Shown here: positions 28,877 to 37,658 of the stretch, one piece after another
Numbering within the stretch: position 1 is the stretch's first letter
Layout of the letters: each line of letters starts with the position of its first letter
Source: Nitrososphaeria archaeon
GTDB lineage: Archaea > Thermoproteota > Nitrososphaeria > Nitrososphaerales > JACAEJ01
Direction: 5' to 3'
Length of the DNA: 64,000 nt
Assembly: GCA_029775875.1 (NCBI GenBank)
Contig: JARVKD010000001.1
Span: forward strand, 810 to 64,809
Program-made: the position numbers and the translations under genes
Notes under the pieces: model-generated
What the model was told of the DNA's origin: nothing
The model's input: the letters and a program-made list of their open reading frames with translations, nothing else
Database searches by the model: none

Positions 28877-30217
28877 TTGCAAAAACATGACATTATAATT
28901 GTAGGTGCCGGCACTGCTGGATGTCTTGCAGGGATGGCTAGTGCTGAACATAGTTCGAAAGTTTTGATGCTTGATTGCAAAGACTTCAAGGAAATAGGTA
29001 AGAAAGTCTGTGGTGATGCTATAGGGGTTCATCATTTTAAGAATGTCAAGCTAAAGACTCCTCCGAATAGCGTTGTGAGAAGTAAGTTTAATGCGATAGT
29101 TGTCTGCTCTCCATCAGGCAAACATGTCTATAAGGTTGAAGGAGAGGGCTACGCTTTAAATAGATATGAATTTGGTCGTTGGCTTTTAGATCAAGCTCTG
29201 GATAAAGGTGTAGAATTAAAGCCAAATACAAAGGTAACATCTCCTATTATAGAAAAAGATAGGGTTGTAGGAGTTAGAGCTTTGAATAATAAGACTGGAG
29301 AAGTTCAATCTTTCTCATGCAAAGTTGTTATAGATGCTAGTGGCTGGACAGGAGCTATAAGAAGAGCATTGCCTGATTTTCCTGGTCTTGTAAAGGAACC
29401 AGAATGGGCAGACTTTGATATATGCTATAGAGAGGTAAGGAAGTTAAGGAATAGTGTGAATGATTTAGGTTTGGCCAAGATTTACGTGGATGCAAGGATC
29501 GCGCCAGGGGGCTATTGGTGGTTTTTTCCTCAAGGCGAAGATTTGGTGAATATAGGAATAGGAGTTCAAGGAGGCCGTGGAAACGACCCTAAAAATCTTT
29601 TTAAAGAAAATCTTTCAAACCTTCCAATTCTTAAAGATTCAGAAGTTATAGATGCAGGCGGTGGGGTTGTACCAACTCGAAGGTCTCTCCACTCTATAGT
29701 GGCTTTTGGGGCTATATTTGCTGGAGATTCTGGCTTTACAGCAAATCCCATAAGCGGTGGTGGCATAGGACCATCTATGATAGCAGGAAAAATAGCAGGA
29801 AATGTCGCTGCACAGAGCTTGAACGAAGAAGATCCTAAAAAGACTTTGTGGAAAGTCAACAAAGAATACGTCAAAGCTTATGGAATGAAGGCTGCTGGTT
29901 TAGAGATCTTTAAAATCTTCCTGCAAGAGTTAAGTAATGATGATTTGGAGTTTGGCATGGAGAAGAAATTGATAACAGAAGCAGATTTGACAAGGCTTGG
30001 CAATGGCAAGGATCTATCTATAAGGGAGAAAGCTGTAAGGATAATAAGAGGAATAAGAAGACCTAGTGTTCTTATGCATTTGGCAGCAACTGCTAGCTAT
30101 ATGAGAAAAGTTAAGGAACTTTATGAGAATTATCCTGACGAAGAAGGTTATGAGGATTGGTCTAGATCTGTTTATGATCTTTTCTCTGATTTTAAGAGGA
30201 AGATCAAGCCTAGTTAA
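28877..30217 (+). CDS. geranylgeranyl reductase family flavoprotein
   Basis: TTG start. DIIIVGAGTAGC FAD fold, GDAIG, GGYWWFFP. C-terminal ~100 aa extension. Confidence 0.8.
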   Translation: MQKHDIIIVGAGTAGCLAGMASAEHSSKVLMLDCKDFKEIGKKVCGDAIGVHHFKNVKLKTPPNSVVRSKFNAIVVCSPSGKHVYKVEGEGYALNRYEFGRWLLDQALDKGVELKPNTKVTSPIIEKDRVVGVRALNNKTGEVQSFSCKVVIDASGWTGAIRRALPDFPGLVKEPEWADFDICYREVRKLRNSVNDLGLAKIYVDARIAPGGYWWFFPQGEDLVNIGIGVQGGRGNDPKNLFKENLSNLPILKDSEVIDAGGGVVPTRRSLHSIVAFGAIFAGDSGFTANPISGGGIGPSMIAGKIAGNVAAQSLNEEDPKKTLWKVNKEYVKAYGMKAAGLEIFKIFLQELSNDDLEFGMEKKLITEADLTRLGNGKDLSIREKAVRIIRGIRRPSVLMHLAATASYMRKVKELYENYPDEEGYEDWSRSVYDLFSDFKRKIKPS

Positions 30218-30271
30218 TGCTAAGCGTAATCTTCTTTCTTACGTCAATTTTATTGTTGGTGTGTTTGGTCG

Positions 30272-30871
30272 TTAAGTTCCAGAATTAGCACTTTCTTTTA
30301 ATTTCTTCCTCGATCTTGACCTTGTAGAATTGTTGGACCTAGTTTTACGTGATCTTTTTATTTTCGATTCAGGCTGAATGTTTTGGGAGAGTGTATCTTC
30401 ATGTTGAACGAGCTGGACATTTTCAGACTGCATGTTTTCGGGCTGAATGGCTAAAGGCTGTATAGAATCGGTTTGATTGGTTGGAATAATCTGAGAGGGT
30501 ATATTCTCAGGCTGAGTAACTGATGGTAGTATAGGATCGCTTTGGATTAATTCAGGCATAACAGGAATATCTTGAGATGGCGTATTTTCATTCTGATTTG
30601 CTATGGGCTGTGCAGTGTCGTTATGAAGTTGCTCTTCATGAGCAACTTCCAATGTTTGTATTGGTTTTTCTACTTTTGAATCTTGTTCTTTGTTCTCTTC
30701 AATTACTCTTTGAGGACCAACTTCACTTACTAGTGGTGCAATTGGTGAGGGCGATGGAGGTTCGATTTCTACCTTGGGAGAAGGGACCGGACTATTCTCA
30801 CCAACGGATGGTGCAATAGGCAAACTTGATGTTCTAAACAACCAGCCTTTTATTTTACCTAGTATTCCCAT
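30272..30871 (-). CDS. low-complexity P/Q/E/S-rich protein with basic tail, unknown function
   Basis: 199-aa ORF. Degenerate repeats (VTQPENIPSQIIP / AIQPENMQSENVQ / NIQPESK), N-terminal MGILGKIKGWLF, C-terminal KRSRKTRSNNSTRSRSRKKLK. Could be non-coding. Confidence 0.4.
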   Translation of the reverse strand: MGILGKIKGWLFRTSSLPIAPSVGENSPVPSPKVEIEPPSPSPIAPLVSEVGPQRVIEENKEQDSKVEKPIQTLEVAHEEQLHNDTAQPIANQNENTPSQDIPVMPELIQSDPILPSVTQPENIPSQIIPTNQTDSIQPLAIQPENMQSENVQLVQHEDTLSQNIQPESKIKRSRKTRSNNSTRSRSRKKLKESANSGT

Positions 30872-31066
30872 TTCATGTTAGAATGATATTAGAATAATAT
30901 GTAATGAATAGTCAACTTCTTTAAACAATTATGTTAAATCACAACAAATGTGAACCCTCTGTTTTGGTGAATTATGTATTGGTTTTGCCATGATGACTTA
31001 GTCATCACATTGGAGCTTGTTTAACCGCATATGCTCTCCCTACGATTCAGAATTCAACGGTACAAT

Positions 31067-31094
31067 AGTAAGACTGGGAATGGTCTTACTTTTT
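31067..31094 (+). terminator. 8-bp stem hairpin followed by T5 (orphan terminator-like element)
   Basis: AGTAAGAC-tgggaatg-GTCTTACT-TTTT read directly. No annotated + strand gene lies upstream of it. Confidence 0.2.
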
Positions 31095-31154
31095 CGCTTC
31101 GTCAACATTAGAATAGGTATTTTTAAATACAATTATGAATATATTTGTCTAGAT

Positions 31155-31661
31155 TTGTGGAAAAGAATTCAAACGCAGTTTAAGAAGCAGAAAGGAAGGT
31201 TAAATGTAGTAAGGAAGATGATAGAACTTGGTATGAGAGTAGACGAAAATGGTAAGCTTTATGTGGGTGAGGCAGAAGTTGACGATACTGCCATTGCCAG
31301 AGCTGCTGGCGTTGATAGGAGGGTTATAAGAAGTACGACCAAGCAAATTCTGGATAATTCAGAGCTACGTGAAATATTCACAAGAATAAAACCTGTTGGG
31401 GCAAGCCTGGTCGAGATAGCAAAGATTCTTGATTATAGCGTTTTAGTGATAAGATCAGACCCTCATAAGCCGGGAGTCATAGCTAGCGTAACGAGTGTTT
31501 TAGCAAAACATGACTTAGTTGTAAGACAAGCCTTGGCCGATGATCCTGATCTGGTTCCTGAGCCTTGTTTAACTCTTGTGATAGATGGCAAGATACCAGC
31601 AAAAGCCATAGATGAGATAAGGTCTTTACCATTGGTTAAAAGCTTAACAATGCTAAAGTAG
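31155..31661 (+). CDS. ACT-domain regulatory protein (COG2150-like predicted amino-acid metabolism regulator)
   Basis: From TTG 31155: MWKRIQTQFKKQKGRLNVVRKMIELGMRVDENGKLYVGEAEVDDTAIARAAGVDRRVI, then an ACT-like VLVIRSDPHKPGVIASVTSVLAKHDLVVRQ. TATA-like TTTTTAAATA at 31120-31129. The track start 31017 looks like a spurious extension. Confidence 0.6.
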   Translation: MWKRIQTQFKKQKGRLNVVRKMIELGMRVDENGKLYVGEAEVDDTAIARAAGVDRRVIRSTTKQILDNSELREIFTRIKPVGASLVEIAKILDYSVLVIRSDPHKPGVIASVTSVLAKHDLVVRQALADDPDLVPEPCLTLVIDGKIPAKAIDEIRSLPLVKSLTMLK

Positions 31662-31692
31662 TTCATGGAAAATAAGATAAGATTGCTTTTTA

Positions 31693-32979
31693 TTAACTTG
31701 TTTTCATTCCTCTTCCTATCGCTTCTAATCCATTCATGTAAGGCTTAAGGACTTCAGGTACTCTGATAGAACCATCCTTTTCTTGATAGTTTTCCATTAT
31801 TGCTATCAACGCTCTCTCAGTAGCTATAGCAGTGCTGTTCAATGTGTGGACAAAACTCGGCTTTTCGTTGGGCTTGTCTCTGTACTTTATATTTAGCCTT
31901 CTCGCTTGATAATCCAAGCAATTGGAGCAACTAACCATCTCTCTATATTTTCCTTGACCTGGCAACCAAGCTTCAAGATCATACTTCTTTGCGGCAACAG
32001 TTCCAAGATCTCCAATACATACATTCATTATTCTATAAGGTATTCCAAGAAGCTGAAATATTTCTTCAGCGTTTTTTATTAATAATTCATGCTCTTTCCA
32101 TGAATCCTCTGGTCTTGAGAATACAAATTGCTCTACCTTTTCAAATTGATGAACTCTGAAGATTCCTTTTGTATCTCTGCCATGCGCTCCTGCCTCCTTT
32201 CTATAGCAAGGGCTTATTCCAGCATACTTGAGAGGTAATTGCTTACCATCAAGAATCTCATCCTTATGAAGACCAGCTATGGCATGCTCAGAAGTAGCCA
32301 AGAGGTAAAGGTCCTCTTCTTCAATCTTATAGATGGCATCCTCAAAATCAGATAGAGCAACACAGCCAGCCACAACTTCTCTTCGAAGCATGTACGGCGT
32401 TTGTATCACTGTAAAACCTTTCTTTTTCATGAATTCTAATCCAAATCTGATAAGAGCAAGGTTGAGCAAGACCAAATCTCCTTTTAAATAGTAAAACCTT
32501 GCCCCTGCTACTTTTGCTGCTCTTTCTACATCTATCAATTCCAAATCAAGTCCAAGATCAATATGATCTTTAGGCTGAAAATCAAATCTAGGCAGTTCTC
32601 CCCATCTTCTTATTTCAACATTATCGTTTTCGTCCTTCCCTTGCGGGACTGTCTTATCAGGTATATTTGGTATGGTCATCATTATGTCCTGAATCTTTTG
32701 TTCTAAATCCTTGATTTTTGCATCAGCCATTGAAATTTCATCTGAAAGCTTCTTCATCTCTTCTATCTCTTTCTGTGCATCCTTGTTTTCCCTCTTGAGT
32801 TCTGCAATCCTCAAAGATACAAGATTCTTCTTGTGCTTTAGCCTTTGAGCTATAGTTATGAGATCTCTCCTTTCTTTATCACTTTTTATCAAATCATCCA
32901 AAGGCACACTCATGTTCCTCATCTCTAGCATCTTTCTAATCAAATCTTGATTCTCACGAACGAATTTTATATCCAACAT
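31693..32979 (-). CDS. serS: seryl-tRNA synthetase
   Basis: MLDIKFVREN coiled-coil arm; class II motifs RVHQFEKVEQF, TLNSTAIATERALIAIMENYQ. Confidence 0.95.
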   Translation of the reverse strand: MLDIKFVRENQDLIRKMLEMRNMSVPLDDLIKSDKERRDLITIAQRLKHKKNLVSLRIAELKRENKDAQKEIEEMKKLSDEISMADAKIKDLEQKIQDIMMTIPNIPDKTVPQGKDENDNVEIRRWGELPRFDFQPKDHIDLGLDLELIDVERAAKVAGARFYYLKGDLVLLNLALIRFGLEFMKKKGFTVIQTPYMLRREVVAGCVALSDFEDAIYKIEEEDLYLLATSEHAIAGLHKDEILDGKQLPLKYAGISPCYRKEAGAHGRDTKGIFRVHQFEKVEQFVFSRPEDSWKEHELLIKNAEEIFQLLGIPYRIMNVCIGDLGTVAAKKYDLEAWLPGQGKYREMVSCSNCLDYQARRLNIKYRDKPNEKPSFVHTLNSTAIATERALIAIMENYQEKDGSIRVPEVLKPYMNGLEAIGRGMKTS

Positions 32980-33051
32980 AATCTTACACCGATTTGATCT
33001 TTTTACATATGTGAATTCGAAGTTTCATATAAGTCGATCGTATCGACTTAT

Positions 33052-33297
33052 CTATCCGATTTCTTTCAGAGTGTTCACAGAAGCTTGGCAGCATGTCAAA
33101 AGATCGTCTATAGTTGAGATTAAAGTCTCTAGCTTACTGACGGAAGAGAAATTTATCACTAAAAGCATCTTGTTAACGTTCATCTCTATGCTTAACCCTT
33201 TTGGCAAGTTTATGTTATCAGGCTTAAGAGAACTGTAAATAGCCTTGGCTTCTTTTTCACTATTAAAGTCAATTGATATTTTGACCTTTACCTTCAT
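33052..33297 (-). CDS. pcc1: KEOPS subunit Pcc1-like protein
   Basis: 81 aa, MKVKVKISIDFNSEKEAKAIYSSLKPD... has a Pcc1/CTAG-like pattern. Overlaps the upstream recJ-like gene by 29 nt; kae1 and bud32 lie within 4 kb. Confidence 0.55.
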   Translation of the reverse strand: MKVKVKISIDFNSEKEAKAIYSSLKPDNINLPKGLSIEMNVNKMLLVINFSSVSKLETLISTIDDLLTCCQASVNTLKEIG

Positions 33298-34702
33298 TTA
33301 CTTCCCTTAACCTATCTTCTATAACCTTTAAGAAATCGTTTAATCTTTGAGGAGGAATTCTGGCTCCAGCAGCTACATCATGCCCTCCCCCAACTCCATC
33401 AAATTTACTGGCTTCAGCCATAATCAAACCTAGATTCAAAGCAGGGCTACAGCCTTTTGTCTTCCTTGCTGAAAAACTTATGTCACCATCATTTGTAACA
33501 GTTCTAACAAAAAGAGCCTTTCCCTCAAACTTGGCAATTCCGCTCAGTATTGAAGAGATGGCTCCTAGCATTTTTTCATCTATTAGACCGTCACCAACTA
33601 TCATAAGGTACCATCTCCCTTCAACAACTCTTTTTTCATCACTCAAAATAGTTTGGACATAATTGTTAAGAGTATACTTATACTCTGCCAAAATCCTCTC
33701 ACCTTCTTGTAAGGCGAAATCCCTATCCCCAAGACAGATAGAAACTCCTACTCCCCCATTCCCTGTTCTTCCACAAGCGTTCAACAAAGTGGCAAACTCT
33801 CTACCATCCCTTAAAGAAGTATGCTCATCCTCTTTCTCTAAGATGTATATGTTCCCTATAAGTTCCTTCACTTTGTCTGTAGCATTAGGGGCTAAAGTAA
33901 GATAAGGTATTATTGCCTCAACAATTTTCCCCTTTTCTTCTTCTGAAAGTTCAGCTATAGTCTTCCATCTTGCTCCCTCCTTAAGCCTTATTCCTGCCGA
34001 TGTGAGAGTAGCAAGGCAAGAATCTCTATTCCCTGTCAATCCTGGTATGAAAGGTGTAGTTGTTGAGGCTATGGCTTCATGTATGGGCTTTGTCTCTCTT
34101 CCATAGAACATCAAATCCTTTGTAACTTCTAAGCATCCGTTCTCAATGGCGTCCTTTACAACGATCTCATTCAATCCTATCAAAGATCTACCTTCTCCTT
34201 GGTCTTGCTTATCACCAAGGGCGCCTACTATAGCTAAACACGATAAGTCTATGTTGTTCTTATCCATATTTGAGGCTACTATATAGCACATGCCAGCAGC
34301 GCTGATCTCTTTTGTACCATCTACGTCAAACTGCCATGAATTGATGACATTGTCAATACCTTTTTCAGTCTCACTAATCTGATGATGATCTATTGCAACC
34401 CATTTATCATCAAGGGCTTCTTTTATCTGCCTTCCCATTCCTGCTCCTAACTCACAAAATATGTAAAAATCATAGTCTTCTTCCTTCAGCTCATAAATGG
34501 TTTTTAGCTTTAAGCTGTTAGTAATTCTAACGACAATGCGCCCATTCTTTCTTAATATCGCTTTGGCTATTATACTAGCAGAGGCAATGCCATCAGCATC
34601 AAGATGGCCAAGTATGATTATATTCTTCTTTTCTCTCACTTTCTGATCTATAACTTCGCCAATTCTCTTCGCTCTATTGAATAATTCATTAATGTTGCCC
34701 AT
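33269..34702 (-). CDS. DHH-family RecJ/Cdc45-like (GAN-type) phosphoesterase
   Basis: IILGHLDADGIASASI (DHH motifs I/II), DHH at IDHHQ, GGGHDVAAG (DHHA1). Adjacent to S15, as in many archaea. Confidence 0.8.
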   Translation of the reverse strand: MGNINELFNRAKRIGEVIDQKVREKKNIIILGHLDADGIASASIIAKAILRKNGRIVVRITNSLKLKTIYELKEEDYDFYIFCELGAGMGRQIKEALDDKWVAIDHHQISETEKGIDNVINSWQFDVDGTKEISAAGMCYIVASNMDKNNIDLSCLAIVGALGDKQDQGEGRSLIGLNEIVVKDAIENGCLEVTKDLMFYGRETKPIHEAIASTTTPFIPGLTGNRDSCLATLTSAGIRLKEGARWKTIAELSEEEKGKIVEAIIPYLTLAPNATDKVKELIGNIYILEKEDEHTSLRDGREFATLLNACGRTGNGGVGVSICLGDRDFALQEGERILAEYKYTLNNYVQTILSDEKRVVEGRWYLMIVGDGLIDEKMLGAISSILSGIAKFEGKALFVRTVTNDGDISFSARKTKGCSPALNLGLIMAEASKFDGVGGGHDVAAGARIPPQRLNDFLKVIEDRLREVNEGKGQNIN

Positions 34703-34712
34703 TTTCTCAGCT

Positions 34713-35186
34713 TTACATCAATTGAGCCACTACTGTAGTATACTTCCAATCTTCTGGTAATAATCCCACAGATTTGTAGTACTTTGATAGTCTATGAATC
34801 TTGGCTTCCAGCAATTCTAAAGATCTAACATTCTTTCTATCGCCCTTGTGGGCTTTAAGATGTTCTTGTAATCTCTTAGCCTTCTTTATCAGTCTGTCGA
34901 GCTCCTCAGGGAGAGAAGGTCTCAAGCCGTTCTCTTCTAGAATCTCCAAAACTGATTTTCCTAATACGGACTTGACCAAAGGCACGCTATACTCATCCCT
35001 CAGTCTTAATCCGATTTCACTAGGGGTTAAGCCATCCTTAGCCATTTTGACAATTTGAGTCACAATTTCATCAGCACTATAAGTTGACCAAGTAGGAGCC
35101 CGCTTCGATGTAGGGCGTATTGAATGAGATTTTCCTCTTCTATGTGAATGTATACGAGCCAATCCTAAGATTTGGTGAAAGATCAT
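34713..35186 (-). CDS. rps15: 30S ribosomal protein S15 (uS15; eukaryotic S13e type)
   Basis: ARIHSHRRGKSHSIRP...LTPSEIGLRLRDEYSVP...HLKAHKGDRKNVRSLELLEAKIHRL. TTG 35162 (MARIHSH) is an alternative start to ATG 35186. Confidence 0.9.
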   Translation of the reverse strand: MIFHQILGLARIHSHRRGKSHSIRPTSKRAPTWSTYSADEIVTQIVKMAKDGLTPSEIGLRLRDEYSVPLVKSVLGKSVLEILEENGLRPSLPEELDRLIKKAKRLQEHLKAHKGDRKNVRSLELLEAKIHRLSKYYKSVGLLPEDWKYTTVVAQLM

Positions 35187-35244
35187 CGCACATAAAGATT
35201 TCGTTATATTTGGTAGCGCACCTTGAACTCAGCTTGTGTTTATA

Positions 35245-35814
35245 CTATGGATTTTTTAAAAACCATCTTGCAAACTTTCTCAAAGCAATCGCTCTATGCG
35301 AGTATTTGTTCTTATCTTCTAAGGACATTTCTGCAAACGTCTTTTTTGATCCCTTTGGTATAAATATAGGATCGAATCCAAAGCCTGATTTGCCTCTTGG
35401 TTTTCTTGCAATCTTTCCTTTTGCAACACCTTGATAGGTCTTTACCACTGAAGAGCTGCCAAAGGCAACGACAGACCTGAATTCAGCGTCTCTATCGTCT
35501 TTCCTCCTCATGAGTTTAATGATACCATCGATGCCTAAAGTCTTATGAACATAGGATGAATAGGGTCCAGGGAAGCCGTTCAGTGCATTTATGAACAGTC
35601 CGGCATCCTCAACTATCATGGGTAATTTATCGCTTATCAAAGCTTTTTTTAAAGCATGAAGAGCTATCTTTTCTAGATTCTCACTCTGGATTTCTTCAAC
35701 TTTTCTATTTATCATCCTTAACTCGATGCCATAATTCTTGAGAACGTCTCTAGCCTCATTGAATTTGTGCTTATTACTTGTTGCAAAGTACACTGATTTA
35801 CTCAACACGGGCAT
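35245..35814 (-). CDS. non-canonical purine NTP pyrophosphatase (RdgB/HAM1/ITPase family)
   Basis: YFATSNKHKFNEA, EDAGLFINALNGFPGPYS, GFGFDPIF, SHRAIALRKF. Confidence 0.85.
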   Translation of the reverse strand: MPVLSKSVYFATSNKHKFNEARDVLKNYGIELRMINRKVEEIQSENLEKIALHALKKALISDKLPMIVEDAGLFINALNGFPGPYSSYVHKTLGIDGIIKLMRRKDDRDAEFRSVVAFGSSSVVKTYQGVAKGKIARKPRGKSGFGFDPIFIPKGSKKTFAEMSLEDKNKYSHRAIALRKFARWFLKNP

Positions 35815-36433
35815 ATCTGCCTCTTCTTTCTATCTCTTTTATCTTTCTAACTAAATCTTTTATCATGTTCATGCCAGCGATCTCTGCATAGCCTTCTAGT
35901 ATCTTGTTGAAGGCTTCATCAGCAACCTCTATATGAGCACTTTGTAATACTCCTTTCATCAAATGAAGATCTACAGCCATGTCCTCAAGTCTTTGGGAAA
36001 AGAATGCTAGACCAAAATCTATGAAGACCAGTCTATTTTTGACAACCAAGAAGTTGGAAGTAGTTAAGTCGCCATGAATTATGTTGTTTTTGTGAAGCCT
36101 TGCTATGCATCTTCCAACTTCTGAACATAAAGCATCAATGTTGCCCATCTTTCTATCTGAAATCATCTCTTTGAGCCTTACACCTTTGATATATTGCATA
36201 ACTATCTCTGCCTTATTCTGATCTATGAAATATATTAAAGGCGTTGAAACTCCTGCCTTTCTTGCATCCATCAAAAAAGATGCTTCATGCAAAGTCCTTT
36301 TCTTTCTTATTTCAACGTCTAATTCAGACTGTCTATATGGCTTTGGCTTTCTTATCTTTAGAATAGCCTCTTTTCTAAACCATTCTCCAAGGTAAATGTC
36401 TGCTTCTGCTCCTTTTCTTATCAATCTCTCCAT
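35798..36433 (-). CDS. bud32: Bud32/PRPK atypical kinase (KEOPS subunit)
   Basis: KGAEADIY, ILKIRKPKPYR, IIHGDLTTSNFLV, IDFGLA. Overlaps kae1 by 13 nt. Confidence 0.8.
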   Translation of the reverse strand: MERLIRKGAEADIYLGEWFRKEAILKIRKPKPYRQSELDVEIRKKRTLHEASFLMDARKAGVSTPLIYFIDQNKAEIVMQYIKGVRLKEMISDRKMGNIDALCSEVGRCIARLHKNNIIHGDLTTSNFLVVKNRLVFIDFGLAFFSQRLEDMAVDLHLMKGVLQSAHIEVADEAFNKILEGYAEIAGMNMIKDLVRKIKEIERRGRYARVE

Positions 36434-37431
36434 TTTACATCAACCTTGTCTAGCCTCCAAGACTGTCTCACAAAACTCTTCTCAATATCCACTGAAATGT
36501 TTGCCGAATGAGCTAGCAATCCTGTCCAAGCAATTTGAGCGCCACAGTCTCCACTATACTCCTTTGGCACTACAAAGAATTTTGCATCATGTCTATTGCT
36601 AACCTCCATCAGCATTTCTTGTAATCTTTTATTTGCTGCTACACCACCAGCCAACAGAACTTCTTTCTTTTCAGTAAAGGCAAGGGCTCTCTCGGTAACT
36701 TCTGCCAGCATGGCAAAGGCAGTCTCTTGAATAGAAAAGCATAGGCTATCTAAATCCTTACCCTCTTTGAACAATTTTTTCGCGGTTGTCAATATGCCAG
36801 AGAAAGAAACATCATTACCCTTCACGGTGTATGGTAAAGATATATATTTGGATGATTTTTTTGCCAACTCTTCTATCCTTTGTCCTGATGGAGAACTAAA
36901 ACCAATTTCTCTCCCAAATTGATCTAAGAGTTGCCCAACAGTGAGATCAAGAGTCTCTCCAAATACTCTCCATCTGCCAAGAGAGAAGGCTGTAATCATA
37001 GTGTGACCACCAGAGACCAGTAGCACTACGGGATCTTTTGCTCCGGTCAACATTATAGCTAATTCAATATGACCTATGGCGTGGTTTACAGGGACCAAAG
37101 GTTTATCATAATAGAGAGCTAGTGCCCTAGAAACAGTCGCTCCAACCCTTAAGCAAGGTCCCAAACCTGGACCTGCTGAGAAGGCTATGGCGTCAACTTC
37201 CTTCATGTTTAGTCCTGCTTGAATTAAAGACTGTTTGACAACTTTTGGTGCTACTTCAATATGATGTCTTGACGCCTCTCTTGGATGAATCCCTGATCCA
37301 GGAGGGGGAGTATAAATGCTTTTTACATCTGATAGAATCCTTCCATCGGATTTTAAGACTGAGCATGAAAAAGTATGGGCTGTAGACTCACATCCCCAGC
37401 AAACAATTCCTTTATCTAATCTATTCTTCAA
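36421..37431 (-). CDS. kae1: tRNA N6-adenosine threonylcarbamoyltransferase Kae1
   Basis: GCESTAHTFS, HHIEVAP, GPGLGPCLRVG, VNHAIGHIE, LLVSGGHT, GGVAANKRL. Confidence 0.9.
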   Translation of the reverse strand: MKNRLDKGIVCWGCESTAHTFSCSVLKSDGRILSDVKSIYTPPPGSGIHPREASRHHIEVAPKVVKQSLIQAGLNMKEVDAIAFSAGPGLGPCLRVGATVSRALALYYDKPLVPVNHAIGHIELAIMLTGAKDPVVLLVSGGHTMITAFSLGRWRVFGETLDLTVGQLLDQFGREIGFSSPSGQRIEELAKKSSKYISLPYTVKGNDVSFSGILTTAKKLFKEGKDLDSLCFSIQETAFAMLAEVTERALAFTEKKEVLLAGGVAANKRLQEMLMEVSNRHDAKFFVVPKEYSGDCGAQIAWTGLLAHSANISVDIEKSFVRQSWRLDKVDVKWRD

Positions 37432-37658
37432 TCTGCATTACAGAACAAGATAGTCAAAAGCTATTATTTAATCATCACATATACGTAAAAGTGATTTCTT
37501 TGATCAATAAAGTATGGTAGTGAGTTAATTCTGCTTATTTCTCACTTTCCTAATTCGGCATCTAAAAACCAGGGTGAGGGACATTGGAACGTGAGGTAAC
37601 TCGTCTGGCTAGATATCTACTGAACAGCATTGGCTGAGAGAAAAAGGGAGAGGGGTGA

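Noticed and set aside
33029-33051. 9-bp inverted repeat ATAAGTCGA-N5-TCGACTTAT between pcc1 and serS.
   Set aside because: By my estimate, several such 9-bp inverted repeats are expected by chance in 64 kb of AT-rich DNA. No T-run follows it on the transcribed strand. Noted, but not called.
37440-37658. Moderately GC-rich trpB2-kae1 spacer (CCTCAC repeats, hairpin AGTGAG..CTCACT) as a possible ncRNA or riboswitch.
   Set aside because: It is best explained as the trpB2 3' UTR with oligo-T terminators on the minus strand (CCCTTTTT, GGTTTTT), plus the edge of the GC-rich island. No convincing conserved-RNA features were seen.
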